Program-made: the position numbers and the translations under genes
Shown: positions 1-14,100 of the stretch, piece by piece
Position numbering within the stretch: position 1 is the first letter of the stretch
Layout of the letters: each line of letters begins with the position of its first letter
The notes under the pieces: model-generated
What the model saw: the letters and a program-made list of their open reading frames with translations, nothing else
Told to the model about the DNA's origin: nothing
The model's database searches: none
Assembly (NCBI RefSeq): GCF_000150275.1
Contig: NW_002060945.1
Span: forward strand, 3,185,172-3,249,171
Reading direction: 5' to 3'
Origin: Trichoplax adhaerens
Lineage: Eukaryota; Animalia; Placozoa
DNA: 64,000 bases

Positions 1-1169
1 TTCTACCATTACAGTATAAGGTGTTCCCTTTCCAAATACACCCTGGGTAAATGCCGGCTTTTGCTAGCGTAACAAGAGTACCTTCACTATGAGCATGACT
101 GCGCAATTATGCACTAACGGGTACAAATGATCAACGTTCGGTACCTACTGTCCTAAATGTTTACTCAGTGTATGTTCCACTCACATTGTATCCGCGCCAA
201 CGATCCAGCCGAAATAACGACTACAGTGGTACTGAAATCGGGGATCTATTTCACCGCAGAGACACAATAAATTCAAGTACTGTACAGTAGAAAATGGAGT
301 CATATCCTGCATAAAAGCGACAATTTCTCTTTCTAGCAGAAAAGAACAACTGATAGTCCTTTCTGTGATCATTAAAATACTCATAAAAACAATGTACAAA
401 AATAATGATCATCATCGGTTGTGTCCACTTCTGTACTCTCTCCTTTATCATCACGCCAAAGCAATGTCGTAGAATGAAATGGCTTTTACACTTGTTGAAG
501 CCAATCGCTACCGGCTACAACAGTATACTATCTTGCAAAGGAGATTTTGATTTGTAATGACTCCAGTAACGGGGGGTCATTGACCAAATCCTACCCTATT
601 GTATCGGACATATTTTCACCGATAGAAAAATGGTGTTCAACCTATCCAAATTAAGAAGGGATCCACTGTACCTGGTACAAATTACGCCAACCTGGTGTAG
701 GCAGACTGTATCAACATTGCCATTTCTACATACTGTATACTAGACAGGACAAATTTCTTTTTATTTACTTTATTTGTACGCTACAGTACACATCACGTGG
801 GGATCCGGCAACTCTCCTAGAATTTCCACCAAGGTAAATTCACCATTAATTATGGTCAAGCAAATCCACTTAACTAAACTATACTCCACATCATACAAAC
901 TGATGATAATGTAGAGAACATGATCGAGTTTGCCTTAATCAATCAATAAATGAAACCCCCCCAAAAAACCATAACCATGGAACGATTAGCAGTATCGTCA
1001 TAAATCCTTTATTGCTCCTCTATCGCACCATACTGTACAGTGCGGTATGCACTAAAACTATACTGTCTCCAGTATGTGTCAGAGGAGACCGGATGGTTTC
1101 ACGCTGATTAATTCAATGGAAGTAATAATGACTGATCTGGCTGCCATCATCATCATCATCTTATTTTAA

Positions 1170-2062
1170 GGTTTCGATATCTCGACTTGATATAAGAGGA
1201 AATATGTGCCTCTATGTTAGTAGCAGTAATCCTCTATCGAAGCTAAAAGAACATTGGGAAACGTTTCCACTTTGAGTTGGATATATCGAAGTTCCATCAG
1301 CAGTACTATACTGTCTATGAAGGTGGTTTACCACTGAAAGCTAAAGTTGAAATGAAATGTCTACAACTTGTTTTTGTATCAATTTAGCCGGTTTCTACGC
1401 GTCTTTCGACTACAGTATGAGAATCTTGTAGCGACGAAAAATTGGACAGGTGATGTGCGTTAATACATCTATCAATAAATGAATACTGGATAACAGAAAT
1501 GCAAGACGTTGCCAAGTATTAAAAGGACCACAAATGTATTGCAACTGCAGTGGTTCCTTTTACAAAGAAAAATTGACAATCGATGATATCAAGAAAGAAT
1601 AAATACAGTACGATAGAGGCGATAGTCAAGAAGCATTTGTAACGGGAAGTTATCCATGTAGCAGACACCATTGAAAGCTATTTCTACCCTAGATCAATAT
1701 CGTAGATAGAATAACACACCTAAACCTATTTCAGCACAATGTGTTACTTGCAAGAAATACGCATACATACGACATAGTGTGAACATGGATATCGTCCATT
1801 CTTACGCTATTCTACGATTGACAGTTTGGCTTGCATTACAAACGAGTGGAACAAAAATAGCGCTAAGCATTACAACCTTCAAATACCATGGGATTATCAT
1901 TGCTACTACTTACCGGAAGGCCAAGAGCACTTAAAATAACCATGGGCGAACCAAAAAATCGATTGGACAAGTTTTTAAATCAACAATAAAATGATTTCCA
2001 ACTTCTATCGATTAAATGAAGATATTGCAAGTCAAGACTTTTCCTTTTCTAGCAGTAACTGA
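1170..2062 (+). pseudogene. Decayed intronless coding relic of unknown family
   Basis: Protein-like runs broken by isolated stops and frameshifts, e.g. VSISRLDIRGNMCLYVSSSNPLSKLKEHWETFPL*VGYIEVP and TYFSTMCYLQEIRIHTT*CEHGYRPFLRYSTIDSLACITNEWNKNSAKHYNLQIPWDYHCYYLPEGQEHLK*PWANQKIDW. No splice structure seen and no family recognised. Confidence 0.3.
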
Positions 2063-2530
2063 ATTAATTTGCAAACGATTACTATACTCTAGTATACAGT
2101 ATTGTCACTAGCAGGATAAAATAGGTGACCATGGAGCAATACCACAGTACTACAGTATAGTGCACGGTGTCGACTATCGGACTATACTGTACTTTCTAGT
2201 CAATTTGTATGAAAACAAGGCAAGTGACGGGGCGAAAACCAACAGTGTTATTGTTTGTTTTTATTTTTGACCTATGCGTTTCTACAGTATTTATTCCATT
2301 TCTACAGTATCATTGGAGGCAGTAATGTACTGTACTGTACTGAACAATGTCCATTTGTACAGTACAGTACGGTGGTCACGTGTGACGCACTGTGACATCA
2401 TTCATTCCCACCATGCATCAAAATTTTCCATAGTATGGTGTGCGATCCAAGTGGTATGGTACAGTAAAATGACAAGAAAAAAGATCGTCTTTGCTATTAT
2501 TTTTTACTGTCACTTGCCGTTCTAAGGCTC

Positions 2531-3223
2531 GCCGTCTGCGCCTGCCCACTTCCCTATACTACAGTCAAGTAATGAAGTCAAGAGAAAGACTACAGTGTAT
2601 AGTGTGTACAGTACTGTAGAGCCACAGACAGTATGCCGGACTTTAAGCCACGGTCTGACTGTTGCTGCTTAACCACAAAAAAGACCTCTATAGTACAGTA
2701 CTGTACTGTATACTGTACTGTAGCAACTGATGGTTTGGATTGGAAATTTCAAAGAAAAAATACAACTCAATAATGCACTCAATATTAAAAAAAGCATCAA
2801 GTGCCAATTGCTTAAGGTTGAGTGATCTTTATTGGTAAAACATTAGCCAAATTCAAAGTAAATACCTTCAAATTGTAATTTTGGTAAGTACTGTAGGGCC
2901 TGGCGTCTGCGTCACTTCCATATAAAGTGCTGAAGTCAAGAGAAAGACTACAGTGTACAGTACTGTAGAATCACAGTCTGACTACGGTAGTGCTCAGCCA
3001 CAAAAAAGACCACTATTTCAGCGTGACTTGTACTGTACACTGTACTAATTACTGACGGTTCCGTATTCGAAATTTCAAAGAAAAAATACAGCTCAATAAT
3101 GCAGTATACAGTATATTAAAAAAAGCATCAAATGTCAATTGCTTAAGGTTTTAGTGATCTGTATTCGTGAAACATTAGCCAAATTCAAAGTAAATGCCTT
3201 AAAATTTTAATTTTGGTAAAGTA
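2531..3223. repeat. Diverged direct duplication, 2 copies (~2531-2895 and ~2902-3223)
   Basis: Both copies share tgaagtcaagagaaagactacagtgta, ccacaaaaaagacc, gaaatttcaaagaaaaaataca, aaaaaaagcatcaa and aacattagccaaattcaaagtaaat. Confidence 0.9.
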
Positions 3224-5114
3224 TACAGTACAGTATGGACTGGTGTACTGTACAGAACAGTAGGTGTGGTCATCCCTACAGTATGAAATACTGTAGTGGT
3301 CCGTACTGTGCTGTACAGTCTACAGTATACAGTGTACAAACGTACAGTACTGTACACCATGACCAACAGTTAAAATTCACCAAAGGCTTTCTCTACAGAT
3401 TTCACTTACCTTGTATATGTTATCAATTATATTATTACAAGTAATACAATGCTCTAAATGTTCAGCATTTAATAACACTTTTAAATATCAAGCTGTGGGG
3501 GGCTTCCAAAGAAAAGTACTGCTTTTGCATTGACAAACAGTAGTACATTTTTTGTTCTATACTGGTCAGTACAATACCACCTGTAGTATGGACTACTGTA
3601 TAGTAACTGTATAATTTAGGGCGGATCAGATTAACCTTTTCTCTTCACAGCGTATGCGCAACTCTTTTAACCCTTTAAATTAATGGACCACCTACTGTAC
3701 AGTACTTTGACTATAATCTCTATGCCAAATACAGTATAAGAACTATATTAAGTCCCGTAAAAACTTACCCAAACCGAACCTTTTTCTGATCGTAATTCTA
3801 ATATCATTTATACAGTACAGTTATTTAACAGTTGTACTATTGGATTTTACTCCTCGATATCTTGATACTACACTACAGCAATTATATAAAAAATTAAATT
3901 TTTTTTATATTTCTATGATAGTAATGTATACCGGTAAATAAGTTCACCGATCTTGTCGTAAAAAAAAAAAAATAGAAACACGATAATGATCTCATCAATA
4001 CAATGTCTTGCAAATCTTATACACGCGTAAGCATATTATTTATTTATAAGAACATTACTCAAAAACATTTACATCTCAAAAAGTTGAACAATTTTAAATA
4101 TAGTCCCATAGCACATTATTTACTGTTCTCCTAAAATTATTTAAAATTTTGACGGAAAAGCGACATATTGCCTGTGTTACGTAGTTTCTATTTGCAATTT
4201 ACCCTTTCCACATGCTATTACTTGGTGCATACAGTCGCATTCAAAAGTAGTTCATGCTTTAGTAAAGTAACAACAAAAGTATAATAAAGATGCAAAATTG
4301 AAATCCCAGAATTTTACTAATCTGAAAAGATGATTAAATGTTAAAGAGATGTTAATTCGTATTGTATCTATAGGCTAACTCAATCCTAAAGGAAAGATGA
4401 TAGCTACGAGGATGTAAGCGTATGATGGACTGTTTTAACAGACTTTCGTAACAAATACTACGGTATATTATACTTTTACCATGATTGCAAATGATAAAGA
4501 GTAAACAGAGAACTCAGGGATCGCTAAAATATTTACATAAGCTATGATTATTAGCAATTTATAGCATCAACTATAGGACGCATTCGGCAAATATTCCAAG
4601 ACAGTGTTGATAAAATTAAAGTTCGTGTACAATTGAATTCATACAAATTAGCGTTAATATAGTGAAGGAATCAACTATTTAAACCAGTCATTACATTCCT
4701 AAATCAGAATGATAATCAAAAATTGAATCATCATAAATAATTCTAATATGTAATGGATATACGTATCTTTGAAAAGTGACAAGTAATTGCTATTGCCTTC
4801 ACATTTCTATAGGAACAATGTACTCAATACAGTAAGTAACTAAAGTGAATCATTAAAATTTCAAGTGAACTGACGAATGCCATATTACAATCGAACAATT
4901 TCGCTTGTTTTTGATAAGGAATTCCATGCTTTAAATAGAAGAACATTAATTTACGTTCCTATAAATTTTCATTTTTAGCTAAAGAAAAGTCATAAGAAAT
5001 TCTTAATTTCAGTAATACCAAAGCTCAAATATTTCATTGAAAAGCTTAACGTGCAAACCTTATTAAACCTACTAAACATTTGTGAACCTTTTTCTAATGG
5101 ATGCAAAATTTCGA

Positions 5115-8100
5115 CTAGAAAAATATCATTTCCGAATCTGACAGCCCTTCACTATCATTCTCTTTATTTACTTCGTCATCAGAAAACGAGCTATTTTCTT
5201 CTACGTCTTTATCAACCACTGTAGGCCCAGATATTGCAGAAATTGAAGAAGTATTTGGTAAAGAAGTAGACAAGAATTCCGTACCTTGTGTTGATAAATT
5301 ATTTCGATCATTTAATGTGGAAATTGGCTGATTTGGGATTATTTTAGCTCTAGGTAAGCAAGGTGACGGAATAAAAGTAGAATGCCGACGCGAAGTATTC
5401 AAGTTAGTCGCTCTTTTAACAGCATTGTAGCTTAACGGCGCTGAATGTTTCCTAGTGATAACCTTATTATTATCAGGTACATTTCCAGTCTTGATTATTT
5501 CTGGTATAACGGGACGAATTGGCTTCTTAGAGAGTTCATCTTGCAGTTGCTCGTACTTTTCTTTCCATTCGTTTATATTATCTTGTTGTTCTTTAATTTT
5601 CTCTTCCTGCCGACTAATAAGAGCTTGATGATCTTCCCATTCCTTTTGGTCCATTTGTAGTTCAACAATTTGTGTTTGTTGTTTCCTTATTACTTCTTGT
5701 AAGGATAAGCTTGGTTTTTGAACATTATTCGAAATCGTCGTATTCATTTCTTTTATTTTTTGATCTTTCATCCTTAACTGCTCATCTAAATCTTTGATCT
5801 TATTATCACTGCAGCTAATCTTTCCTTTTAAACTGTTAATATCAAATTTTTTAGGCACTACTCACAGTTTTGATAAATTACAACTTCGTCTAAACTATCT
5901 AATTTACGATATAATGATAAATTGATCCGTCTCACAAACCTTTCAATTTCGTTGTCCTTCTGACTTGTAATTAGCTAAGAGTAAATATGATTAAATGATT
6001 AAGTTAAAAATGTATGCAAATAAATTAATTTTAGATTAAGTATAACCTTACCAATAATCTGTTGATACATTCACTTAATGTCACTGCACTATATAGGTGC
6101 TAAATGAATATACAAAAAACGATTTCAATGTTGGCTATTTGTTTCGAGTAATTAAAAAGCTGTTACAATTAATGGCAATAATTCTAGAAAATTATCTGCG
6201 ATCTAATTAAATATCTCTAAATCTTCACCTTACTTTATATATGATAAAGTAGAAAAAATTTAAAACATATAACTCTCATAGGATTCTTAACAATTTAATA
6301 CAGACTATTAACCTATCTTAATACAACTAAAGTCCTCAACCTACACTGAAACTTATTAAAAGTAGAAGTCTCTAGTCGGCTCTTTACTGCTTTAGTTAAA
6401 TATAACTGTATTAAATTCAATAACGAACAAATATCTGATTACAAATAAATATAAGCTTGTGAAAGAAAACATCGACATTACGCTGGCATCGTAATGAATG
6501 AGTGAGAAAATACAATCTGATACAATTAATCAGATATACCCACAATTAGCAATCTAAAGATTACTGTACTTTATTACCCGTTCGCTGGCTGCAGGCGATA
6601 AGTTACATGGCGTAGTTGCTATTGATGAAGGGATTGAGGAAGAATCTATTTAAGAAAACACAGTCACTAATTATACTGTACGCGTACTTCGAACATTTTG
6701 TTTTCTCATACTGACAAGATAGCTTTACATCATAAAATGGTAATTGCTTTTCTATTATATATTAAGCAATTTTTCTAGAGGTCTAGTTCGTTCTATCCAT
6801 AATATTAAGGTCATTGATTACAGATAAATCCTCATTAAATTATATACTGTAATTATTGTCCTATAACTCCCTACATAATTTGCTTAGAGAACTAGCTCAG
6901 TCTTTATCTAGACTAAAAGTATATATAGACCATACTCTTAGCTGAATAATAGGTACCGGTGCTAGAATCTATATTAGCGCTATAGCTTTAATATAATTGA
7001 ACTATATTTAGCTTATATAGGTAATTAGTGATAGAGAAATAAATTAAAATTGACATGTCAATGAGTAAGGTACTTAGTGACCTTGTGAATCAGACTTTTC
7101 AATTATAAAACTATCTGTTTCATCTTTACTATCCATCGTTTTCCTACGTCTAATAGCAATTGGCCGTAAATCAGGCTAGAAAGTGAAATATTCAAATATT
7201 ATCAATTAATGGCATAATATGTAGATAATTTGAATTTTAGAGGTAATTAATTCGAAAAAATTCCTTAGCATTAACAGCTAGGCACGTCGATCTTTTATGC
7301 TTACATCCGTCATACGTCTTCTTGATGAGTGGTCAAAACCGTGAAATGTTTCGGTTCTTTTCGGCATAGATTGTGGTGTTTTAATTAGCTTCCCTGAAGA
7401 TACCGCAGCTAGCATACTGAAGGCTATCATTTTTGTCATACATAAGAAATCGAAAATTAATTGCGCTATAGCCAAATCTTAAAAATAGCTACTGTTATGA
7501 TATAATCTACTAGTATACACTGCTTTTCGTCTTAAGTCTAGGGGCTACAGTGACAAGTAATGGTAATATCTATATAAGCACGATATTTGATATTATCATG
7601 AAAAGTGCTTTACATTAACTTACACTCTTCAATTGTTCTTTCCAAAAGTTTCCTGGATATACATGGATTAAGAAAAAGCAAAATAATCACACTCAATAAA
7701 GAACTATTTATATCGTAGATTTACCATAGAACATATTGCATAGTTCCGGCAAAAACAATACATTTCCAGTATCATGATCAATAATTTACTAGATTAAACG
7801 AGTATAATATTAGAAATATCAAAACTTCCAGATTGATATCGTTTTCTACTTACGAGTCCAGTTTTTCGTATTCTTTTCTAATTTTATCCTTAATAAAAAT
7901 CAAGAGTACATTTCAAACAACTGTCAGTTATATATTAAACTATAAAAGAATTGTTATGATGCATGTATCAAATTTAGTAAATACTCAATACTAGGAAGGT
8001 CATTTCATTATAGTACTATGAAATTGAAATACGTTCTGTAACTTGTGCTCAAAGCTAATAGTAAATTATTTAGTTTACGTTTTTATCAATTGAATTAATT

Positions 8101-11100
8101 CATACCTTTTGTTCTTCATCTTCAGGAGTAAATGCATTAAACATTTCTTGAAATACTTTTTCTCTTTCCGCAATCAATTTAATGATTTGTTCGTCAACGA
8201 TTTTGGATTGCTCTAGAGTAGTCAAGAGAGAAATACTATATTTACGACTTATCCTGCAAGCTATTATTAGCAAATAGTATCTGTTGGGAAAACTCTTTCC
8301 CGACAATTATTTCTTCAAGTTCTCCATTGAATAGCGTATTAATAACCGCAGCGGGATGATGTATCGCATGTCAAAAATATCTAACACTATACTTCAGAAA
8401 AAATTACCTAGCAGTTGGTCAAACGGTGATAACAAGCTGGAGTTTTCTGATTGATCATCAATGCAACCATCTATTTCATTGATTTAGAATTATAAGATCA
8501 ATAGAATACGGTACCGTATGTGAATAAATAGAGTTGATGGTGCAATATCTCCACACCAACTACTCATAGGAATTTTGTAAAAAAATACTAGCCTATGCCA
8601 TCATCATTTATTAGACTGTCTTCAATTGGAGTAGCTTTCTGTACTGCGTTATTAATTTGTTGAATCCAACTGTAACAATAAATTCGGTTTTACCATGCTG
8701 CCACATATCTTACGTACTGTATTTCTATTAGTTGATTACTTTTAAGAAAATACATTTACCCCTTCTTCTGAGATTCTGATCGACATATCAATTCGTACAT
8801 TTGTGGCTTTTGATCACTATTATATACCATGTAAATAGCTTTAGGATCTATGTTGAAAGAAGGACATAACTTAATTGATTTAACACTTATTACATGATAT
8901 GACATGTTAATTTACATTGCATTTTTAATATTTAGTATGATATTGAAGCTATTTGAAATTATCAAGCTCTATTTATATTTCATAGGCTATTAATAAATTA
9001 TTTTTATAGAGTATATAGTAAAATATCAGCTTTTAAAATGTAAAATGAACCAACAGTTAAGGTAGTAAACAATAGTAAGTAAAATAAGGTATTGGTTTAC
9101 GAAATATCAGACTATCGACAGACATCCCAATAGGCTTATGACCATGTTTTAAATATAAGACAAAATTTATCGAATTAATTAACATTCCGAATGCTACATA
9201 AAAATATAGTGACTCCAGGTATAAGAAGGAATATTCACACAAACGCTGTGTGATTACTGCTAAATTTGTATTAGGAAAAACAAAAGTATATAAACATTTT
9301 GTTAAAAGGAAAGTGTGGGTGTGTAGACATTAATTCTCTAAAAGCTGCATAATGCCTTGATGTATGAAATTACTTTTATTTAAAGTGACTATCAATTGAT
9401 AATGTCAAATAAATCAGGGTACAAGTGCGTGCGAATGATATTCTGTCATGTAATATATTATTGTATTTAGAATTTCAGATAACTTTACGAGAGCTATTTT
9501 TTACCTGCAGCATTCTCACGTATCATAGCTTTGCCAATAGGAACTATAGGAGACTTTATACATAGAATTTATATCAGTAAGTGTAGCTTTAATCTTATTA
9601 TTGATCTTGGGAAATATATTTTTTATCGACACTTAGTAATTTCAAATCTACTATAATTATGTACACCTTTTGTTCAATGGGCAATAAATAAAATTTTTGA
9701 TCTTTTTCTTGTAATAGTACGATCAAATTGTTTAGTAATAGTGCTTGTACGTCTAGTTTTAATCAATAAAAAAATTTTCACATTGACTTTGTTTCCGTAA
9801 ATTAATGGATAAAATGAATTCAAAGCTTACATTATGATTTAATATAGGTCAGCTGTCTTACCTATAGATTTTCCGCGAGCACCTCTTACTATTAAGCTAT
9901 CTTCTAATAGCAGCATGAAATGTCCTGAAGCCAGATTTAGTTTCTGTAGTATAAACACAATCAAAGATAAATGCTTAATTTAAATAAAACTCGGTTAGAT
10001 TAATTTTAAGTCATCGTAATTCTCTAATAAATAATATTAATTATTTATATCTTTGTAAAAGTATTAAAACAAATATTCATCACCTTAATGGGGGTCCCCT
10101 GAATTGTACTTAATGCTTTTTGATCCAGCTTACTCTGAATTTGTTTTAATCTCTACAAATCAATAAAAACGGTTATCATTGGCAAATGTACAAATCTTTC
10201 ACTGGTGCTAAAATTATACCTGTATGCTTTTATATCGCTGAATTCTTTCATCAACATTAGTTGCTGTACTCTGAAAATCAAACGACATTCTCATAAAAAT
10301 CAGACGCATTGGGAATATAGCAGAGTGAACTTCCTCAATTGGTTGATAAAACGATCATAAAAATTACCATACAATTACTGTTATTGTTAATTAAGTAAGA
10401 ATTTAAGTGCTCCATCTTTAAAAAAGATGATACTAAATATCAGTAGCCGTGTGAGATAAAAGAGGCTACTTCAACCTAAAATCTTATAATAGCGGATTAC
10501 AATTCAACATTCAGCTATAAAATATATAATGTTTGTAAATTAATATTTCAAGAATATTATTACTGCCACGCCTCCATGCGAAGAGATTATGGTGGTTTAT
10601 TGTTTACCGTAAAACTTAGCTTATTGAATAGCTTACCTTTACTAAAATTAAGGCTTGATTTAAGTAGGCATAGTCGGGAAAATGTTCTGTTATCATCCAT
10701 AGATGATAGGAATAAGTAAAGATAGCTGTCTCTTTAGCTTTGATCTAATCATTTAATTTAATAGACATAATTGTAAGTGGTCACCTGGTGTTGATTTGAT
10801 AACCGCTTGTATCAGTATAGGATATTTTGTTAGCCTTTGAGTTACTAAAGTAAAACATTCTGGAATGGACAATCGACGACAATATGGGTCTCGATCACAT
10901 TTCTAGGTACGATAAAAACAAAATATTAACATGATATACTTTGATAATAAAAATCATAAACCATAATAATATCATATATAATTCAATCCAAAATCGAACG
11001 TTGACCTTAATAAAATTTGAAAACTTTCTTTGCTTTAATAAATCCTGAGCATATTCATTGAAGAATAAAGATGTTGAATTAACATCATTTTCATATAAAA

Positions 11101-14100
11101 TGAAAGTGCTTTGCATTCATAGTAGATTTTTGCATATCTGACAAACCTTATAAAGTGCTAGTGATTGTATGTGATAACTACAGAAATTGCCATAATTCTC
11201 ATCAATTTCAGCCCCATTTTTAGTAAACTAAAAGAGGAAGTTTAAAAATGATCACTAGCGAATTATTCTAATGTTAATAATAAGTATTTAATAGACGAAT
11301 TTCGATATATATAGTTATACTATTTTTATTCTCCTGGATTATTTCTAGGATCTACTTATTAGGTGAGATTTACATACATGTTCAACAATAATGTCGCCGA
11401 GACTATTTACAACGTCTGATTGACACTGTCTTTCGGTTAGCTTTTCAACGAAAATGTTACTTAATTCAATCATTCTTTCAATTCCAGGGAACATTCTTCT
11501 TACTAACTCCTCTTGTAGCCCTGCTTCCTTTAACATTCCCCTCATAAAAATCTAATTTTGCATTAAAATAGGTTACGAAAATTGATTAGTATAATGTTCA
11601 GTATCAAAAAGTAATTACCGCTGTTAAATCGACGCTACATTTAATAACATTAGCTTAGTAAGAGTTACGCCAAAGATTTACCAATTGTATTATCTTCAAT
11701 GTTCTCAAATGATTCTTTTCCGTTTTTATGAATTCTGTCCAGAGCGATTTTTTTAGAAAGTAAAATTAATGCAGGTTTGACATCTTGTCGCACAATAAGT
11801 AACAGATCATAAGCGGTATACAAAAAGGCAAATACCAAAAATAACATCTTGTCGTTTAACTTCTTCCTTGTTCATCTTCTTTAATATCTAATAAGACAAA
11901 CGAACATTTTATACGTCACTGATTCAAAAGACTTTAAACTATCCTTTTACTAATCCGTTTGCGCATTTTTTACTTATTAATAGTTTTATTACTAGGAAGC
12001 TTGAATACCGTTTTGCTAACTGTTGCATTCCACGCTTCAACTTCTTCCTTTAATGCCAAGTCCGGATCAATATCCTAATTTAGAATAGACTTTGTCAATA
12101 TCTGTAAACATATATTCCTAAGTTAAACAGATTTGGCTTGGGAAATCTTATTTCGTATTTAATATCTTTTTCTGGCTTACATAGCTATCATCTCTCGACT
12201 CTTCTACCATGTGAAAAGTAACTAAATTAAAAAAATTAAAATTAATCCATAGCTGGAAACTTGGCAATTAAGATAACCGTATGAAAAATAATAAAGTAAT
12301 TCAGAATGATAATATTAGAACCTCTCAATGTATTGCAATGATACGGAATTAGTACTTTAACTGGTTTCGTAACCAATTAATGAATGCATTATCAATCAAA
12401 GAATTTCTCAAATATCTTACCCTCTTCGTCGGGATTATCTTGAATATTCTGATCTGACTGAGCAGACCTATGACAAAGGAAGAAGTCATTGCAAGCTTAT
12501 TGTAAACTTTATATGCTCAGATACAAAATTCTTTAACATTTAATAACATTTTACTAGGTATTTACAAAATCCTACAAATATTTATGAATAATGCCATATT
12601 TTATTACAATAGATTCATCTGCCTTACTTCAAAGGTTGTATATACGTTGTGGTATCGCTATCTTCTGTATTAGATCTAAGAATAGTGTCACAAACCATAG
12701 GATATAAGTTATGACAGCTTAAGTTTGTAAAGGTCGAAAAAATATATTAATTCTTTAAATCTGTTATTATATACGAACTAATATAAATTAAGGACTTGTT
12801 GCTAGGATTCGTACAAATTGATTTGCAACGAGAAATAGCTAAATAATATTATTGTACCTTTGTCGCAATGGTTTTCCCTTTGCTGAAAGTATCTGTAACT
12901 CGTTTTGATCATTTTCTGGCTGATTTTGATTACCAAACTGAAGCAGTCGATAATCCAGAGAAAACAATGAAAATCGTCATTACATTTCGTATCATAGCTG
13001 AATGAGAAATTCTATATTAATAGTAATCACAATTGATAGTTTTATTGACGATAGAATACTATAATTATCCTATAATGAGAATTATTTTCGTGAACAATAA
13101 TAAGAAATACAGTGAACAGATTATAATTAAGGTCGCTTGTATCTACCTGCAACTGAAGGTATGGATTTTTGGTGGGTGATATTTGTGGCGAATTGCTATT
13201 TCCAGATTTTGTCTTAGCTGATCGCGCAGATTTTCTCTTATATTCGACATATTTCTTATTGTCCACTTGAATTGGCGCCCTTCTTTGATAATCTATCATT
13301 ATATATTCTGTTAAGTAAGCTCATTAATTAAAATAATAAGAATACCATGATGGAGATCGTTGTAACTATATATTAACTATCATTTGTTGCATCTATCAAC
13401 CTTTTGTATCGACTAGAGACCGATCATAATTGGTATCCTTATGGCTTAGTTTTTTTTGGTTGCTTTGCCGGTAATTTTCCATATTCTTATAATGAAAATT
13501 TATTTCAAATTGATCCAGATGTTACATTAATAGACTAAGATTATAAACTATTTGGTCGTACGCTAATTGTATTATCTAGCTTATTAATACTTTATTTACC
13601 GCTCGTTGTAACTCAATAAACTTTAGGCAGGAAGGAACGTTATCTTTGCAGTCTCCGTTTGCGTGAACGACGGTTCTGCATGCTAATTTCATGATAGCGA
13701 CATTATAGGCGGTACAGGTAGAATGTTGTTTAGCATACAAAAATGAAATTGTAAACAATCAATTTGCAAAGAAGTATTATGCTGCGTCTTTAGAGCCACT
13801 GTTAATTTATCCTTCGAATATACAGTGTAATTATAAATAAGAAAGATATCAATACCTATACACATCAGACTTTCGCTCCCTTTAACAATCTTCTTGCAAT
13901 ATTCACAGGTGGCATTAATAATATACTTCCCACCTGGAACGAACTGATGTGTTGTTTTCCTAGTCTAAATAACATAAATATTATCATTTCTTTAGATATC
14001 TAGCGCACGTAGTGAGTATTGTCAGTATATTAGACATTTGCCATATACTCATGCTAGTAATGCAACTTAAGTAATAACCTTGCCAGACTTTATGGATTTA

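Noticed and set aside
181-3444. Short ORFs rich in Y/C/T/V/S (181-399, 2274-2525, 3235-3444; likewise 32888-33133 and 44282-44470)
   Set aside because: They are translation artefacts of TACAGTA/TACTGTA runs (YSTVQYCTV) with no domain signal.
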